Positions 1-15,456 of a DNA stretch of 64,000 bases are shown piece after piece. The stretch's first letter is position 1; each line of letters starts with the position of its first letter. This DNA comes from Macrostomum lignano (lineage: Eukaryota). The position numbers and the translations under genes were made by a program. The stretch spans positions 62,001 to 126,000 of the forward strand of contig NIVC01001532.1 in the NCBI GenBank assembly GCA_002269645.1. The letters are read 5' to 3'. Below the pieces are notes generated by a model, which was not told the DNA's origin, searched no databases, and worked only from the letters and a program-made list of their open reading frames with translations.

Positions 1-1202
1 CAGAACCGATCACGGTGACATTCTCGCAGACTGACGTAGTTATCGAAGTTGGAGAACAGGCCCATCTATTCTTCCAATTATCTGGCCAATTCAGCAACTC
101 AACCAAGGACGACTATCTGTACTTCACCTATCAGGTGGAGGCCGGCGAAGCGATCACCAGCAAGCAGCGAGTGCCAGTGATTGGCGATCTGGCTCGCGTC
201 TGGCTTCCATCGACCAACGAAACCTATCACGCCATGCCATTCGTGATAGTCGGCCTGACGCCAGGTCACCTGATCATCGGTCTGAACTGCACCAATCCCG
301 AGTTCGAGAATCGTCCCGACCGATTCGTTCGAATCCAAGTTATTCGCAGTCGATGGATCAACGTTATAAACTTCACTGTCGGTCTGTTGTACGTCTTCTG
401 CTGGTCGGCGTCCTACTACCCGCAGACTTGGCTGAACTACACCAGAAAGTCTGTGGTCGGTTTAAATTTCGACTTTGTCGGCTTCAACATCATGGGCTTT
501 ATTGTCTACAGCATCTTCAATGTCGGCCTGTACTGGGTGCCGCCATTGCAGGTGATGTATCACCAGCAGCATCCCCGAGGCGTCATCCCAGTGCAGCTGG
601 CTGACTGCATCTTCGCCTTGCACTGCTTCGGCATCACCATATTCCAGGGCATTCAATGCTTTATTTATGAACGCGGCGGACAGAAACTCTCCATAATTGG
701 CAGTCTGTTACTAGGCGGTATGGCGTCATTCCTATTAATCTGTCTGATACTAACCGCCGCCTGTGGAGCTACCTGCGGTCTCACCTGGCTACAGTTTATC
801 TATTTTGCGTCCTACCTAAAACTCTTGATTACACTGGTTAAATACGTGCCGCAGGCTTATATGAACTACAGTCGAAAGTCCACCTGGGGTTGGTCCATTG
901 GCCAGGTTTACCTGGATTTTTCTGGCGGCTTTCTCAGCATTGCCCAGATGCTTTTGCTGGCATATAACTATAATGACTGGGACTCGCTGCTAGGCGACCC
1001 AACCAAACTCGGTCTCGGCATTGTCTCCATTTTCTATAACATTCTGTTCTTCATGCAGCACTACTGCTTTTATGGGCCAAGCACTGGAGGCATTATAGTC
1101 ATCGATGGCGGCAGCGTGACCCACTCGGATGCCCGTGTCAACAGCAACAGCAACGCCTACCAAATGGAAAAATCCACCGACGAGAAGACAAGACTGCTGT
1201 GA
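1..1202 (+). CDS. CTNS: Cystinosin (lysosomal cystine/H+ symporter, PQ-loop family); 5'-truncated, no intron in the visible part
   Basis: Two PQ-loop motifs (SYYPQTWLNYTRKSVVGLNFDF; KYVPQAYMNYSRKSTWGWSIG), several TM segments, and LGDPTKLGLG. The frame is open from base 3, so the GTG at 15 is not the true start. AATAAA at ~1285. Confidence 0.95.
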   Translation, partial: EPITVTFSQTDVVIEVGEQAHLFFQLSGQFSNSTKDDYLYFTYQVEAGEAITSKQRVPVIGDLARVWLPSTNETYHAMPFVIVGLTPGHLIIGLNCTNPEFENRPDRFVRIQVIRSRWINVINFTVGLLYVFCWSASYYPQTWLNYTRKSVVGLNFDFVGFNIMGFIVYSIFNVGLYWVPPLQVMYHQQHPRGVIPVQLADCIFALHCFGITIFQGIQCFIYERGGQKLSIIGSLLLGGMASFLLICLILTAACGATCGLTWLQFIYFASYLKLLITLVKYVPQAYMNYSRKSTWGWSIGQVYLDFSGGFLSIAQMLLLAYNYNDWDSLLGDPTKLGLGIVSIFYNILFFMQHYCFYGPSTGGIIVIDGGSVTHSDARVNSNSNAYQMEKSTDEKTRLL

Positions 1203-1389
1203 GGGAAAAATAGCAGACCGACTAGTTTCTAACTTTGTTTCCCCGTCATCTTTTGGAGCATTTTTATACTGTTATTGAGAGAGCAATAAACCCGTAGTAA
1301 AAGGCCGTATAGTAGTAGAAATAGTATAGAAGAAAAGAAATGACTAGTTTTCACAAACCTTAACCGCTAGCATCCTCGACTCCATTCAA

Positions 1390-1660
1390 TCCTTCATTGG
1401 CTACAGAGAGTTCACCATTCCATCGCGTACTCTCTACCCCTTCTCGCTCGTTCATTGGCTACAGAGAGTTCACCATTCCATCGCGTACTCTCTATCCCTT
1501 CTTGCTCGTTCATTGGCTACAGAGAGTTCACCATTCCATCGCGTACTCTCTACCCCTTCTCGCTCATTCATTGGCTACAGAGAGTTCACCATTCCATCGC
1601 GTACTCTCTATCCCTTCTTGCTCGTTCATTGGCTACAGAGAGTTCATCATTCCATCCATC
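1390..1660. repeat. 58-bp minisatellite (~4.7 copies) between the convergent CTNS and MYORG 3' ends
   Basis: TTGGCTACAGAGAG recurs at 1397, 1455, 1513, 1571, 1629. Confidence 0.95.
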
Positions 1661-2089
1661 TTACACTCTCCACTTCAGCTCTCTCTCTGATTGGCTAAAA
1701 AGACTCGATCAGTTTTTTTTCTCAAATATTTCTGTCCTTACTTGCTCGCTGATTAGCTATTGAAATTTGACCGTTTCTAAACTCGAAAATAATATTTTTA
1801 CTGCTTAGAAGAAAACAAAAAAATATTTCGCAGTCTATCAAATTTCATTATTAAAAAAGCATCAATAAAGATGATATTCTACTTTTTTGTTAGTTCGGTT
1901 CGTTTAGAAACCAAAATATATAGTATTTTTTGTTATATTTTTGTCCCAAATTGGCTGGAAATTGTGTTTTACCGTTTTTGTTTACTTGCAAAGAAGATAC
2001 ATGTACTCCTTTTAGTTGTAGCTAGTAATTTATATTATCAAGCAGATGTAATAAAATAGTTAGCAGCATCGAACGCTAGCACTAATTAG

Positions 2090-6360
<4,271 letters not shown>

Positions 6361-6449
6361 GGTTTGCTTTTTTGTTTTGATTCATGAATTTTTTTCTATG
6401 AAGCTTTACAAACTTGTGACACAAAGTCTGAAGCACCGCAATGTATAAA

Positions 6450-6667
6450 TAGGGGTGGATTGGAATGGGGCTCAGTCGGCAGCGAGTGTACATTGGGGTA
6501 GATTGGAATGGGGCTTAGTCGGGAGCGAGTGTACATTGGGGTGGGGTTGGAATGGGGCTCAGTCGGGAGCGAGTGTACATTGGGTGGGGTTGGAATGGGG
6601 CTCAGTCGGGAGCGAGTGTACATTGGGTGGGGTTGGAATGGGGCTCAGAAGGGAGCGAGTGTACATT
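6450..6667. repeat. ~43-bp G-rich minisatellite (GAGTGTACATTGGG core)
   Basis: GTACATT at 6575, 6618, 6661. Confidence 0.92.
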
Positions 6668-7149
6668 AAAGTGAATCGCCAACACATTTTACCAGTGTTT
6701 TTCTATACAAAATAATTTGATTTAATTTCGGAAACGAGTATGATAATTTGCAAAATCATTTACAATTTTATCATATCAATCACTTGAGTTCGCCAGGCAC
6801 CCATTCAATTTTTCAAGAGTGCTTTAATCAAAAATTCAAATTTAATAAAATGATCAAGTCAGATAGAAGCAAATTAATCAATTATAAATTAGTTTTAGTC
6901 TCTACTGAAAATAAGTTTTTGACGTACAAAAATTAACAATTTTCAACGTTCAGAGGTGTTTTAAATTGCTTTTCATTAGATTATACATCAATTTTTATTT
7001 TTTCGCTGAAAAAATGTTTTTTTTCTCTAGGGTGTATTTTTTGTTTTTACAGATCATAAAATAGGCTGAAGTGAGTTCGAATTTCTTGTGTTGTAGCTTA
7101 GCAATGAAAGAGAATGAAAAGGAAATGATGGAAGGGAGATAGAGAGAGG

Positions 7150-7650
7150 GTAAAGAGGGTGAAATATGGTAAAGAGAGCGGAGGGGAGGAGGAGAGAAGA
7201 GAGGGTAAAGAGGGGAGAGAAGAGGGTAGAGAGGGGCGAGGAGAGGGTAAAGAGGGGCGAGGAGAGGGTAAAGAGGGGAGAGAAGAGGTTAGAGAGGGGC
7301 GAGGAGAGGGTAAAGAGGGGAGAGAAGAGGGTAGAGAGGGGAGAGAAGAGGGTAGAGAGGGGCGAGGAGAGGGTAAAGAGGGGCGAGGAGAGGGTAAAGA
7401 CGGGCGAGGAGAGGGTAAAGAGGGGAGAGAAGAGGTTAGAGAGGGGCGAGGAGAGGGTAAAGAGGGGAGACAAGAGGGTAGAGAGGGGAGAGAAGAGGGT
7501 AGAGAGGGGAGAGAAGAGGGTAGAGAGGGGCGAGGAGAGGGTAAAGAGGGGCGAGGAGAGGGTAAAGAGGGGAGAGAAGAGGGTAGAGAGGGGCGAGGAG
7601 AGGGTAAAGAGGGGTGAGGAGAGGGTAGAGAGAGGAAAGAAGAGGGTAAA
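7150..7650. repeat. Purine-rich 21-bp-period repeat
   Basis: GAGGAGAGGGTAAAGAGGGG / GAGAAGAGGGTAGAGAGGGG units; spurious ORFs show a 7-aa period. Confidence 0.92.
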
Positions 7651-7794
7651 GGAAGATGGAAAGCCTAACAAGACAACAAGCTAAAAAATGCCAATCAAAA
7701 CAACACTAGCATAGAACAATATTCAAATACAACGAAGCAAATTTCAGTCATTGAATAATTGTCAGGAACTAACCAAGGCAAATTCTGCTTAACC

Positions 7795-8400
7795 TCAAGG
7801 CTCTTCCCTATACTTAGGGAACACATTATTCCTTCTCTTATTTCTATACTTGAGCGAATTGTAATTATTCAGCTGAATAATGGACCGCCTAGTAGGCATA
7901 AACTCCTTCATATACTCGTCTTGCACCGATAGGCGCCGGAAATTTCTCAGAAACTCGCTGCCCCGACTCAGCCGAGTGTAATTGGGCCCGACGTAGAGAT
8001 CTTTCGGCGTGACCTCGCCCTCGCCCAGTATGTCAATGTAGTCGTTCTGACCAAACAGAGCCTGCTTCGGGTGCCAGTCATCAATAGGCTGATACGGCGG
8101 CATCACCACCGGCGCCTCGTGTCTGGGATCCTTTAGCCGCGGCAGCAGGCCGCCGTTCTGCATCGGCCGGGCTTTCCTAGCGAGATCTCTCGACTCAGGC
8201 AGCAGGTATGAGTCAGCTGTGGTGGCCTGTTTACCACTAGCTGAAGACTCTGTTGTCAAGGCATTGGCTTCTGTTGCTAGGCGATCGAGAAATCCGCGCC
8301 AATAGCTGTACCGTTCGCTGCTCAGGTGTCTCAGCTGTAGTAGTGGTCTAATACGCTGCATAGTACTCATCATACTACTGCTAGTAAGTAGGGTCGGCAT
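7795..8400 (-). CDS. MRPL51: Mitochondrial ribosomal protein mL51, intronless (201 aa)
   Basis: WHPKQALFGQNDYIDILG...PKDLYVGP...GSEFLR matches the recalled mL51 motif. Acceptor TTCAGCAG lies 2 nt before the ATG. Confidence 0.85.
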   Translation of the reverse strand: MPTLLTSSSMMSTMQRIRPLLQLRHLSSERYSYWRGFLDRLATEANALTTESSASGKQATTADSYLLPESRDLARKARPMQNGGLLPRLKDPRHEAPVVMPPYQPIDDWHPKQALFGQNDYIDILGEGEVTPKDLYVGPNYTRLSRGSEFLRNFRRLSVQDEYMKEFMPTRRSIIQLNNYNSLKYRNKRRNNVFPKYREEP

Positions 8401-8464
8401 TGCTGCTGAACAGCAATTGGGAACATGGACTTAAGGCTATTGCATTGTATTTGTGATGCAATGG

Positions 8465-10365
8465 CTCACAATCTCACCTGTAGCCTAATCTTATGTCTGT
8501 GCTCATAATCTCACCAGTAGTTGAATCTCATGTCTGTGCTCACAATCTCACCTGTAGTTGAATCTCATGTCTGTGCTCATAATCTCACCTGTAGTTTAAT
8601 CTCATGTCTGTGCTCACAATCTCACCTGTAGTTTAATCTCATGTCTGTGCTCATAATCTCATCTGTAGCTTAATCTCATGTCTGTGCTCACAATCTCATC
8701 TGTAGCTTAATGTCATGTCTGTGTTTACAATCCCACCTGTAGCTTAATCTCATGTCTGTGTTTACAATCTCACCTGTAGTTTAATATCATGTCTGTGTTT
8801 ACAATCCCACCTGTAGCTTAATCTCATGTCTGTGCTCACAATCTCACCTGTAGCTTAATCTCATGTCTGTGCTCATAATCTCACCTGTAGTTGAATCTCA
8901 TGTCTGTGCTCACAATCTCACCTGTAGTTTAATCTCATGTCTAATGCCTAATCTCATGCCTAATCTCATGTCTGTGCTCATAATCTCACCTGTAGTTTAA
9001 TCTCATGTCTAATGCCTAATCTCATGCCTAATCTCATGTCTGTGCTCACAATCTCACCTGTAGTTTAATCTCATGTCTAATGCCTAATCTCATGCCTAAT
9101 CTCATGTCTGTGCTCATAATCTCACCTGTAGCCTAATCTCATGTCTGTGCTCACAATCTCACCTGTAGCCTAATCTCATGTCTGTGCTCATAATCTCACC
9201 TGTAGCCTAATCTCATGTCTATGCTCACAATCTCACCTGTAGCCTAATCTGATGTCTGTGCTCACAATCTCACCTGTAGTTTAATATCATGTCTGTGCTC
9301 ATAATCTCACCTGTAGTTGAATCTCATGTCTGTGCTCACAATCTCACCTGTAGTTTAATCTCATGTCTAATGCCTAATCTCATGCCTAATCTCATGTCTG
9401 TGCTCACAATCTCACCTGTAGTTTAATATCATGTCTGTGCTCACAATCTCACCTGTAGCCTAATCTGATGTCTGTGCTCACAATCTCACCTGTAGTTTAA
9501 TATCATGTCTGTGCTCACAATCTCACCTGTAGCCTAATCTCATGTCTGTGCTCATAATCTCACCTGTAGCCTAATCTCATGTCTGTGCTCATAATCTCAC
9601 CTGTAGTTTAACCTCATGTCTGTGCTCACAATTTCACCTGTAGCTTAATCTCATGTCTGTGCTCATAATCTCATCTGTAGCTTAATCTCATGTCTGTGCT
9701 CACAATCTCATCTGTAGCTTAATGTCATGTCTGTGTTTACAATCCCACCTGTAGCTTAATCTCATGTCTGTGTTTACAATCTCACCTGTAGTTTAATATC
9801 ATGTCTGTGTTTACAATCCCACCTGTAGCTTAGTCTCATGACTGTGCGTACAATCTCATCTGTAGCTTAATGTCATGTCTGTGTTTACAATCCCACCTGT
9901 AGCTTAATCTCATGTCTGTGTTTACAATCTAACCTGTAGCTTAGTCTCATGACTGTGCTTACAAACTCACCTGTAGCTTAGTCTCATGTCTGTGCTTACA
10001 ATCTCATATGTAGGCTAATCTCATCTCTATATACTCACAATCTCATATGTAGGCTAATCTCATCTCTATATACTCACAATCTCATATGTAGGCTAATCTC
10101 ATCTCTATATACTCACAATCTCATATGTAGGCTAATCTTATCTCTATATACTCACAATCTCATATGTAGGCTAATCTCATCTCTATATACTCACAATCTC
10201 ATATGTAGGCTAATCTCATCTCTATATACTCACAATCTCATATGTATGCTAATCTCATCTCTATATACTCACAATCTCATATGTAGGCTAATCTCATCTC
10301 TATATACTCACAATCTCATATGTAGGCTAATCTCATCTCTATATACTCACTATTTCACCTATAGC
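8465..10365. repeat. 37-bp minisatellite (CTCATGTCTGTGCTCACAATCTCACCTGTAGTTTAAT) switching to a 39-bp variant at ~10010
   Basis: ~50 units. Confidence 0.95.
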
Positions 10366-10644
10366 CTAACCTCATCTCTATATCAACTGTATAAAAATTA
10401 TGAAATAAAAAAGCATAATGTGCATTTAGCATGAAATTAGGAAATTCAACGAGTTTTTACTTGAGTGAGTTTCGCTTTCTACAAAATGGTAAGATCAACA
10501 TACTTATGCTCGTATTGTACTTTTCAATTTTCAGCATAAATGATCTTACACAGGCTACTAAAAGTAAGTAATTCAAAACTAAGATTATTTTAACTAAAAA
10601 AACAATGAACTTTAACTAACCGTAACATGACGACTTGATTTGGG

Positions 10645-10840
10645 ATTATTGTGACGATTCTAAAATTTGGGATTTCTGGGGCGATTTTCAAATTTGGGAT
10701 TTTTGAAGCGATTTCCGATTTTGGGATTTTAAGCACGATTTTCGAATTTGGGATCTTTCGGTCTCAAAGTTGGGATTTTTGGGCGATTCTTGAGGGGCTT
10801 CTTGAGAGGGGATTCTTGAGAGGATTTTTGAGGGGCGATA
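10645..10840. repeat. Degenerate G-rich repeat (TTTGGGATTTT / GGGGCGATTCTTGAG)
   Basis: Right part resembles the 23-bp family at 16.5 and 19 kb. Confidence 0.65.
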
Positions 10841-10924
10841 CTTAATTTCTGTGTCTTCAACCAACCAAACACATCCCCAAAAGCGCAGCACACAACTGTC
10901 TGGGTAGCAGTGGGAGCCGGGAGC

Positions 10925-11206
10925 TCACTCAGACTTGTCATCCTCATCAAACAGCCGGCGGTACACAGACTCCGGCAGAATCAGTCGCTGTTTATCTTTG
11001 AAATTAATAAACCATCTTTCTCTCCAACTTAGCGACTCCATTCTTTGCAATTCGGCTCTAGATTGGGCGGTTAAAAATCGATAACGGTCCTCTGACAGGT
11101 AGATGGCCGACCCACTTAAACCAAGCATTGTGGCGAGCGACAGAAACGGGTGCTGAACTGTGAACACGCGCGCCTCCCAGAAACATCGACGTAAAAATAG
11201 TAGCAT
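10925..11206 (-). CDS. Unknown small protein (93 aa) with one hydrophobic segment; possibly mitochondrial
   Basis: ATG-initiated, non-repetitive, exon-like GC content. HPFLSLATMLGLSGSAIYL is the TM-like segment. Acceptor TTACAG at 11246-11245. Confidence 0.6.
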   Translation of the reverse strand: MLLFLRRCFWEARVFTVQHPFLSLATMLGLSGSAIYLSEDRYRFLTAQSRAELQRMESLSWRERWFINFKDKQRLILPESVYRRLFDEDDKSE

Positions 11207-11409
11207 AGTAACCGGGGAATCTCAGGATTTGCACCGAGGAATACCTGTAATTAGTAAGGCAGTTTAATAATTAATTAGGGATTAAAATCATTTCACGTTG
11301 GCTGCCCCGATCCAGTGTTTACGGTCAGTCATTCACCCCAATTATCCAGGGTCCATTTACACAACCACCTACTAATCCACGGCCCGACAATCACCCCTAA
11401 TTATATAGG

Positions 11410-11750
11410 TTGCGCAAAAACCAACCCTGATTATCCAGGGCCCACCACCACCCCTTGATTATCCAGGGCTCACCAACCACTCCTGATTATCCAGGGCTCG
11501 CCAACCACCCCTAATTATCCAGGGCTCGCCAACCACCCCTAATTATCCAGGGCTCGCCAACCACCCCTAATTATCCAGGGCTCGTTAACCACCCCTGATT
11601 ATCTAGGGCTCGCCAACCACCCCTGATTATCTAGGGCTCGCCAACCACCCCAGATTATCTAGGGCTCACCAACCACCCCTGACTATCCAAGGCTCGCAAA
11701 CCACCCCTGATTATCCAGGGCCCACCAACCATTAATAATTATCCAGGGGT
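11410..11750. repeat. 28-bp minisatellite (CCACCCCTAATTATCCAGGGCTCGCCAA)
   Basis: ~11 copies between the two small ORFs. Confidence 0.92.
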
Positions 11751-11773
11751 CGTCACAAGCTCACGCAACTAAC

Positions 11774-12004
11774 CTAATCACGCTTAGGCGTTTCAGCAAC
11801 TGTGCTACTTTTGCTGCTGCTGCTATTGCTCGAATTTCCCGCGAATAATTCAAATCGCTTCGTCAACGAACGGTCAAATTCTTCAATCCGTTGCTTGGAA
11901 GTCGGATGCACTATTTTGTCGTTGTGCTGCAACAGGTACCAGGAATAAAATGCCAAAGATATCCCACCAAGCACTGCAACGGATCCAAAGTATGCTGCTT
12001 TCAT
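11774..12004 (-). CDS. Unknown small protein (76 aa) with an N-terminal TM segment; possibly mitochondrial
   Basis: ATG-initiated; FGSVAVLGGISLAFYSWYLL followed by a charged segment. Acceptor TTTCAG at 12042-12041. Confidence 0.6.
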   Translation of the reverse strand: MKAAYFGSVAVLGGISLAFYSWYLLQHNDKIVHPTSKQRIEEFDRSLTKRFELFAGNSSNSSSSKSSTVAETPKRD

Positions 12005-12079
12005 TTAATGCTTTCTGGTGTGCTATCTTTAATTTATACGCTGAAATGTTTCCACGCAAATATTTTATAAAACTCTCAA

Positions 12080-12405
12080 CTAAGATAGATGAGAGATCTC
12101 AATTGAGATAGATGAGAGATCTCTACTGAGATAGATGAGAGATCTCTACTGAGATAGATGAGAGATCTCTACTGAGATAGATGAGAGATCTCAATTGAGA
12201 TAGATGAGAGATCTCTACTGATATAGATGATAGATCTCTACTGAGATAGATGATAGATCTCTACTGAGATAGATGATAGATCTCTACTGAGATAGATGAG
12301 AGATCTCAATTGAGATAGATGAGAGATCTCTACTGATATAGATGGGAATCTCTACGGAGATAGATGGGGGATCTCTACTGAGATAGATAAGAGATCTCTA
12401 CTGAG
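12080..12405. repeat. 23-bp minisatellite (ACTGAGATAGATGAGAGATCTCT)
   Basis: ~14 copies; each carries the palindrome AGAGATCTCT. Confidence 0.93.
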
Positions 12406-12799
12406 AATTTAGAAATAGAACAGCACAAGAACAGGCATTAATGAACAGGGTAACAAAATATAATCCAACGGAGCCACCAATACTGGCAGTGTATTTCACT
12501 ATTTAAAATTGAGTTTCACAACACTGCTCTAAAAGCACGTCTAAGAACTCGTTCTTTTCAAAAAAAACAAAAATAGTTTAAACATCGTCAGTAAGCGTTG
12601 CGGGCACTTTAAAACGGCAAAATTGAAATACAAGTAAGACTTCTGTTTTTTAAAAAATATGCTCAAAACAGTTCGAGAATCAGCTTGAAAGTTTTACTAA
12701 TAAGGTCTGAAAATTCTGGCAAACATTTTTGGCATGGCTTGAAGTAACATAATAAGGCAAGAATTATGTGTAATTGTTACTCAAAGCTGGAATTTGTAG

Positions 12800-13615
12800 G
12801 TTTGGGAGTGTACATTGGGGTAAAGGGTTGGGGAGTGTACATTGGGGTAGGGGGTAAAGGTTAGGGAGTGTGCATTGGGGTAGGGGGTAAGGGTTAGGGA
12901 GTGTGCATTGGGGTAGGGGGTAAGGGTTGGGGAGTGTGCATTGGGGCAGGGGGTAAGGGTTAGGGAGTGTACATTGGGGCAGAGGGTAAGGGTTGGGAGT
13001 GTACATTGGGGTAGGGGGTAAGGGTTGGGGAGTGTGCATTGGGGCAGGGGGTAAGGGTTGGGGAGTGTACATTGGGATAGGGGGTAAGGGTTGGGGAGTG
13101 TGCATTGGGGCAGGGGATAAGGGTTGGGGAGTGTACATTGGGATAGGGGGTAAGGGTTGGGGAGTGTACATTGGGGCAGAGGGTAAGGGTTGGGAGTGTA
13201 CATTGGGGTACGGGGTAAGGGTTAGGGAGTGTGCATTGGGGCAGGGGGTAAGGGTTGGGGAGTGTACATTGGGATAGGGGGTAAGGGTTGGGGGGTGTGC
13301 ATTGGGGCAGGGGGTAAGGGTTGGGGAGTGTACATTGGGGTAAGGGTAAGGGTTGGGGAGTGTGCATTGGGGTAAGGGGTAAGGGTTTGGGAGTGTACAT
13401 TGGGGTAGGGGGTAAGGGTTGGGGAGTGTACATTGGGGTAGGGGGTAAGGGTTGGGGAGTGTGCATTGGGGCAGGGGGTAAGGGTTGGGGAGTGTGCATT
13501 GGGGCAGGGGGTAAGGGTTAGGGAGTGTACATTGGGGCAGAGGGTAAGGGTTGGGGAGTGTACATTGGGGCAGGGGGTAAGGGTTGGGGAGTGAATGGTA
13601 AGGGGGTAAGGGTTG
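12800..13615. repeat. 33-bp G-rich minisatellite (GGGAGTGTACATTGGGGCAGGGGGTAAGGGTTG)
   Basis: ~25 copies; four G-tracts per unit. Confidence 0.95.
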
Positions 13616-14314
13616 AGGAGTCTGCAGTAGGCTTAGGTGTCGTAAATTTTCGTTTTTTAATCAGAATCTCTAAACCCGATAAAGGCGATATGAGTAAAAA
13701 AAAATTGTTACTTGCTAATTTTCTTGTAAATAGCAATTCACCAGAGCGTACAATAAACATTTTTATTAATATCGGTGTTTGCCAGTGGCTTAAAACAATT
13801 AATTAAATTAATTAAATTAATTAACTTAGTCACAATTTTAGACACCAACAGCTGCAAAAACTTTGTTTACTGAGTTGCATTCAGTGCATAAAACACCGCC
13901 TCGAAAAGTACTTTTATACCAAAGAATGACAGAAAAACTGCCGTTATAATGGGATAGGATAGTCAATAAATATCGCGGCAGAAAGCTGAAAAGTGAGAAA
14001 AATAACATAAACCACAAATTTATTTAATTTCCTGAGTATCATAGATATTTAGTCAAGTGTTCGGGGTTCGGGCCTATTCATTCTTTTTGGTGTGAAATAT
14101 TGTTTTTCCTAAAGTATTTAAAGTATAAAATATAAAGCGGCTGCGCTAGAAGGAAAATCTCATAAACCATAAATCAAGCAAAGCAACCGGTTAATTTTAT
14201 TAGCAGGAATTAATTTCTATAATAAAATAAAACAATAAAAATATTTCTATAGTTTTCCAATAGTTGTTAAGAGTTCAATGCGAATATATAATTGTACATT
14301 CTGGCGGGTGAAAA

Positions 14315-14635
14315 GCGAGGGACGGGGGAGAGAATGTACATTAGTGGGCTAGCTGGCGGACGGGGGAGAGAATGTACATTAGTCGGCTAGCTGGCGGACG
14401 GGGGAGAGAATGTACATTAGTCGGCTAGCTGGCGGACGGGGGAGAGAATGTACATTAGTCGTCTAGCTGGCGGACGGGGGGGAGATGTACATTAGCCGGC
14501 TAGCTGGGGGACGGGGGAGGGATAGTACTTTAGTCGGCTAGCTGGGGGACGGGAGAGAGTGTACATTAGTCAGCTAATTGGGGGACGGGAGAGTGTACAT
14601 TAGTCGGCTAGCTGGGGGACGGGGAGCGAGTGTCC
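14315..14635. repeat. 38-bp minisatellite (GGACGGGGGAGAGAATGTACATTAGTCGGCTAGCTGGC)
   Basis: ~8 copies; TGTACATT core. Confidence 0.92.
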
Positions 14636-14706
14636 CTGATAGAAACATTTACGCCGTGATAGATAATCTATAAATAAAAAGCCTATTTGACGAATAACTT
14701 TGCCAT

Positions 14707-15073
14707 TTAGTTATCACGCTTCAAAGCCGACTGGTCATGATTAACGGCGGCCAAGCTGACTCCACTGGCTGTGGGAACAGATTTTATTAATTTCTTTTTA
14801 GCTGCTAGGCGCGGCCGGTGAGCCACCCAGGACAGGTAGGTGTTCCACACTATGGTGACGCAGTTCACCACAAGCAGCCTAGGTGGCAGAAATTAATATG
14901 CATTTATTTAGCCTGGCATTTATTGAACATCATTTTATGTGAAAAGTCAATAAAAAACGTTTTAAAAATTTACCTTAAATGACTCGGTGCAAAGGTGAAG
15001 TTTAACACCTGAACTGCTGGCCACAACTGAAAGAAAGATATACCAATACCTTGTAAAAAGAGACAGGAAGAAA

Positions 15074-15144
<71 letters not shown>

Positions 15145-15217
15145 TGCAGACAGACAGACATGCAGACAGACAGACAGACAGACAGACAGACACACACAGA
15201 CAGACAGACAGACAGAC

Positions 15218-15248
<31 letters not shown>

Positions 15249-15301
15249 TGCAGACAGACAGACAGACAGACACAGACAGACAGACAGACAGACAGACATG
15301 C

Positions 15302-15400
<99 letters not shown>

Positions 15401-15405
15401 CACAC

Positions 15406-15456
<51 letters not shown>

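Noticed and set aside
7054-7684. Long ORFs on both strands (ERGE / LSSPLF repeats)
   Set aside because: Translations of the 21-bp purine repeat with no unique coding sequence
12764-13806. Pro-rich and Gly-rich ORFs resembling extensins or collagens
   Set aside because: All frames of the 33-bp minisatellite; no signal peptide or splice context
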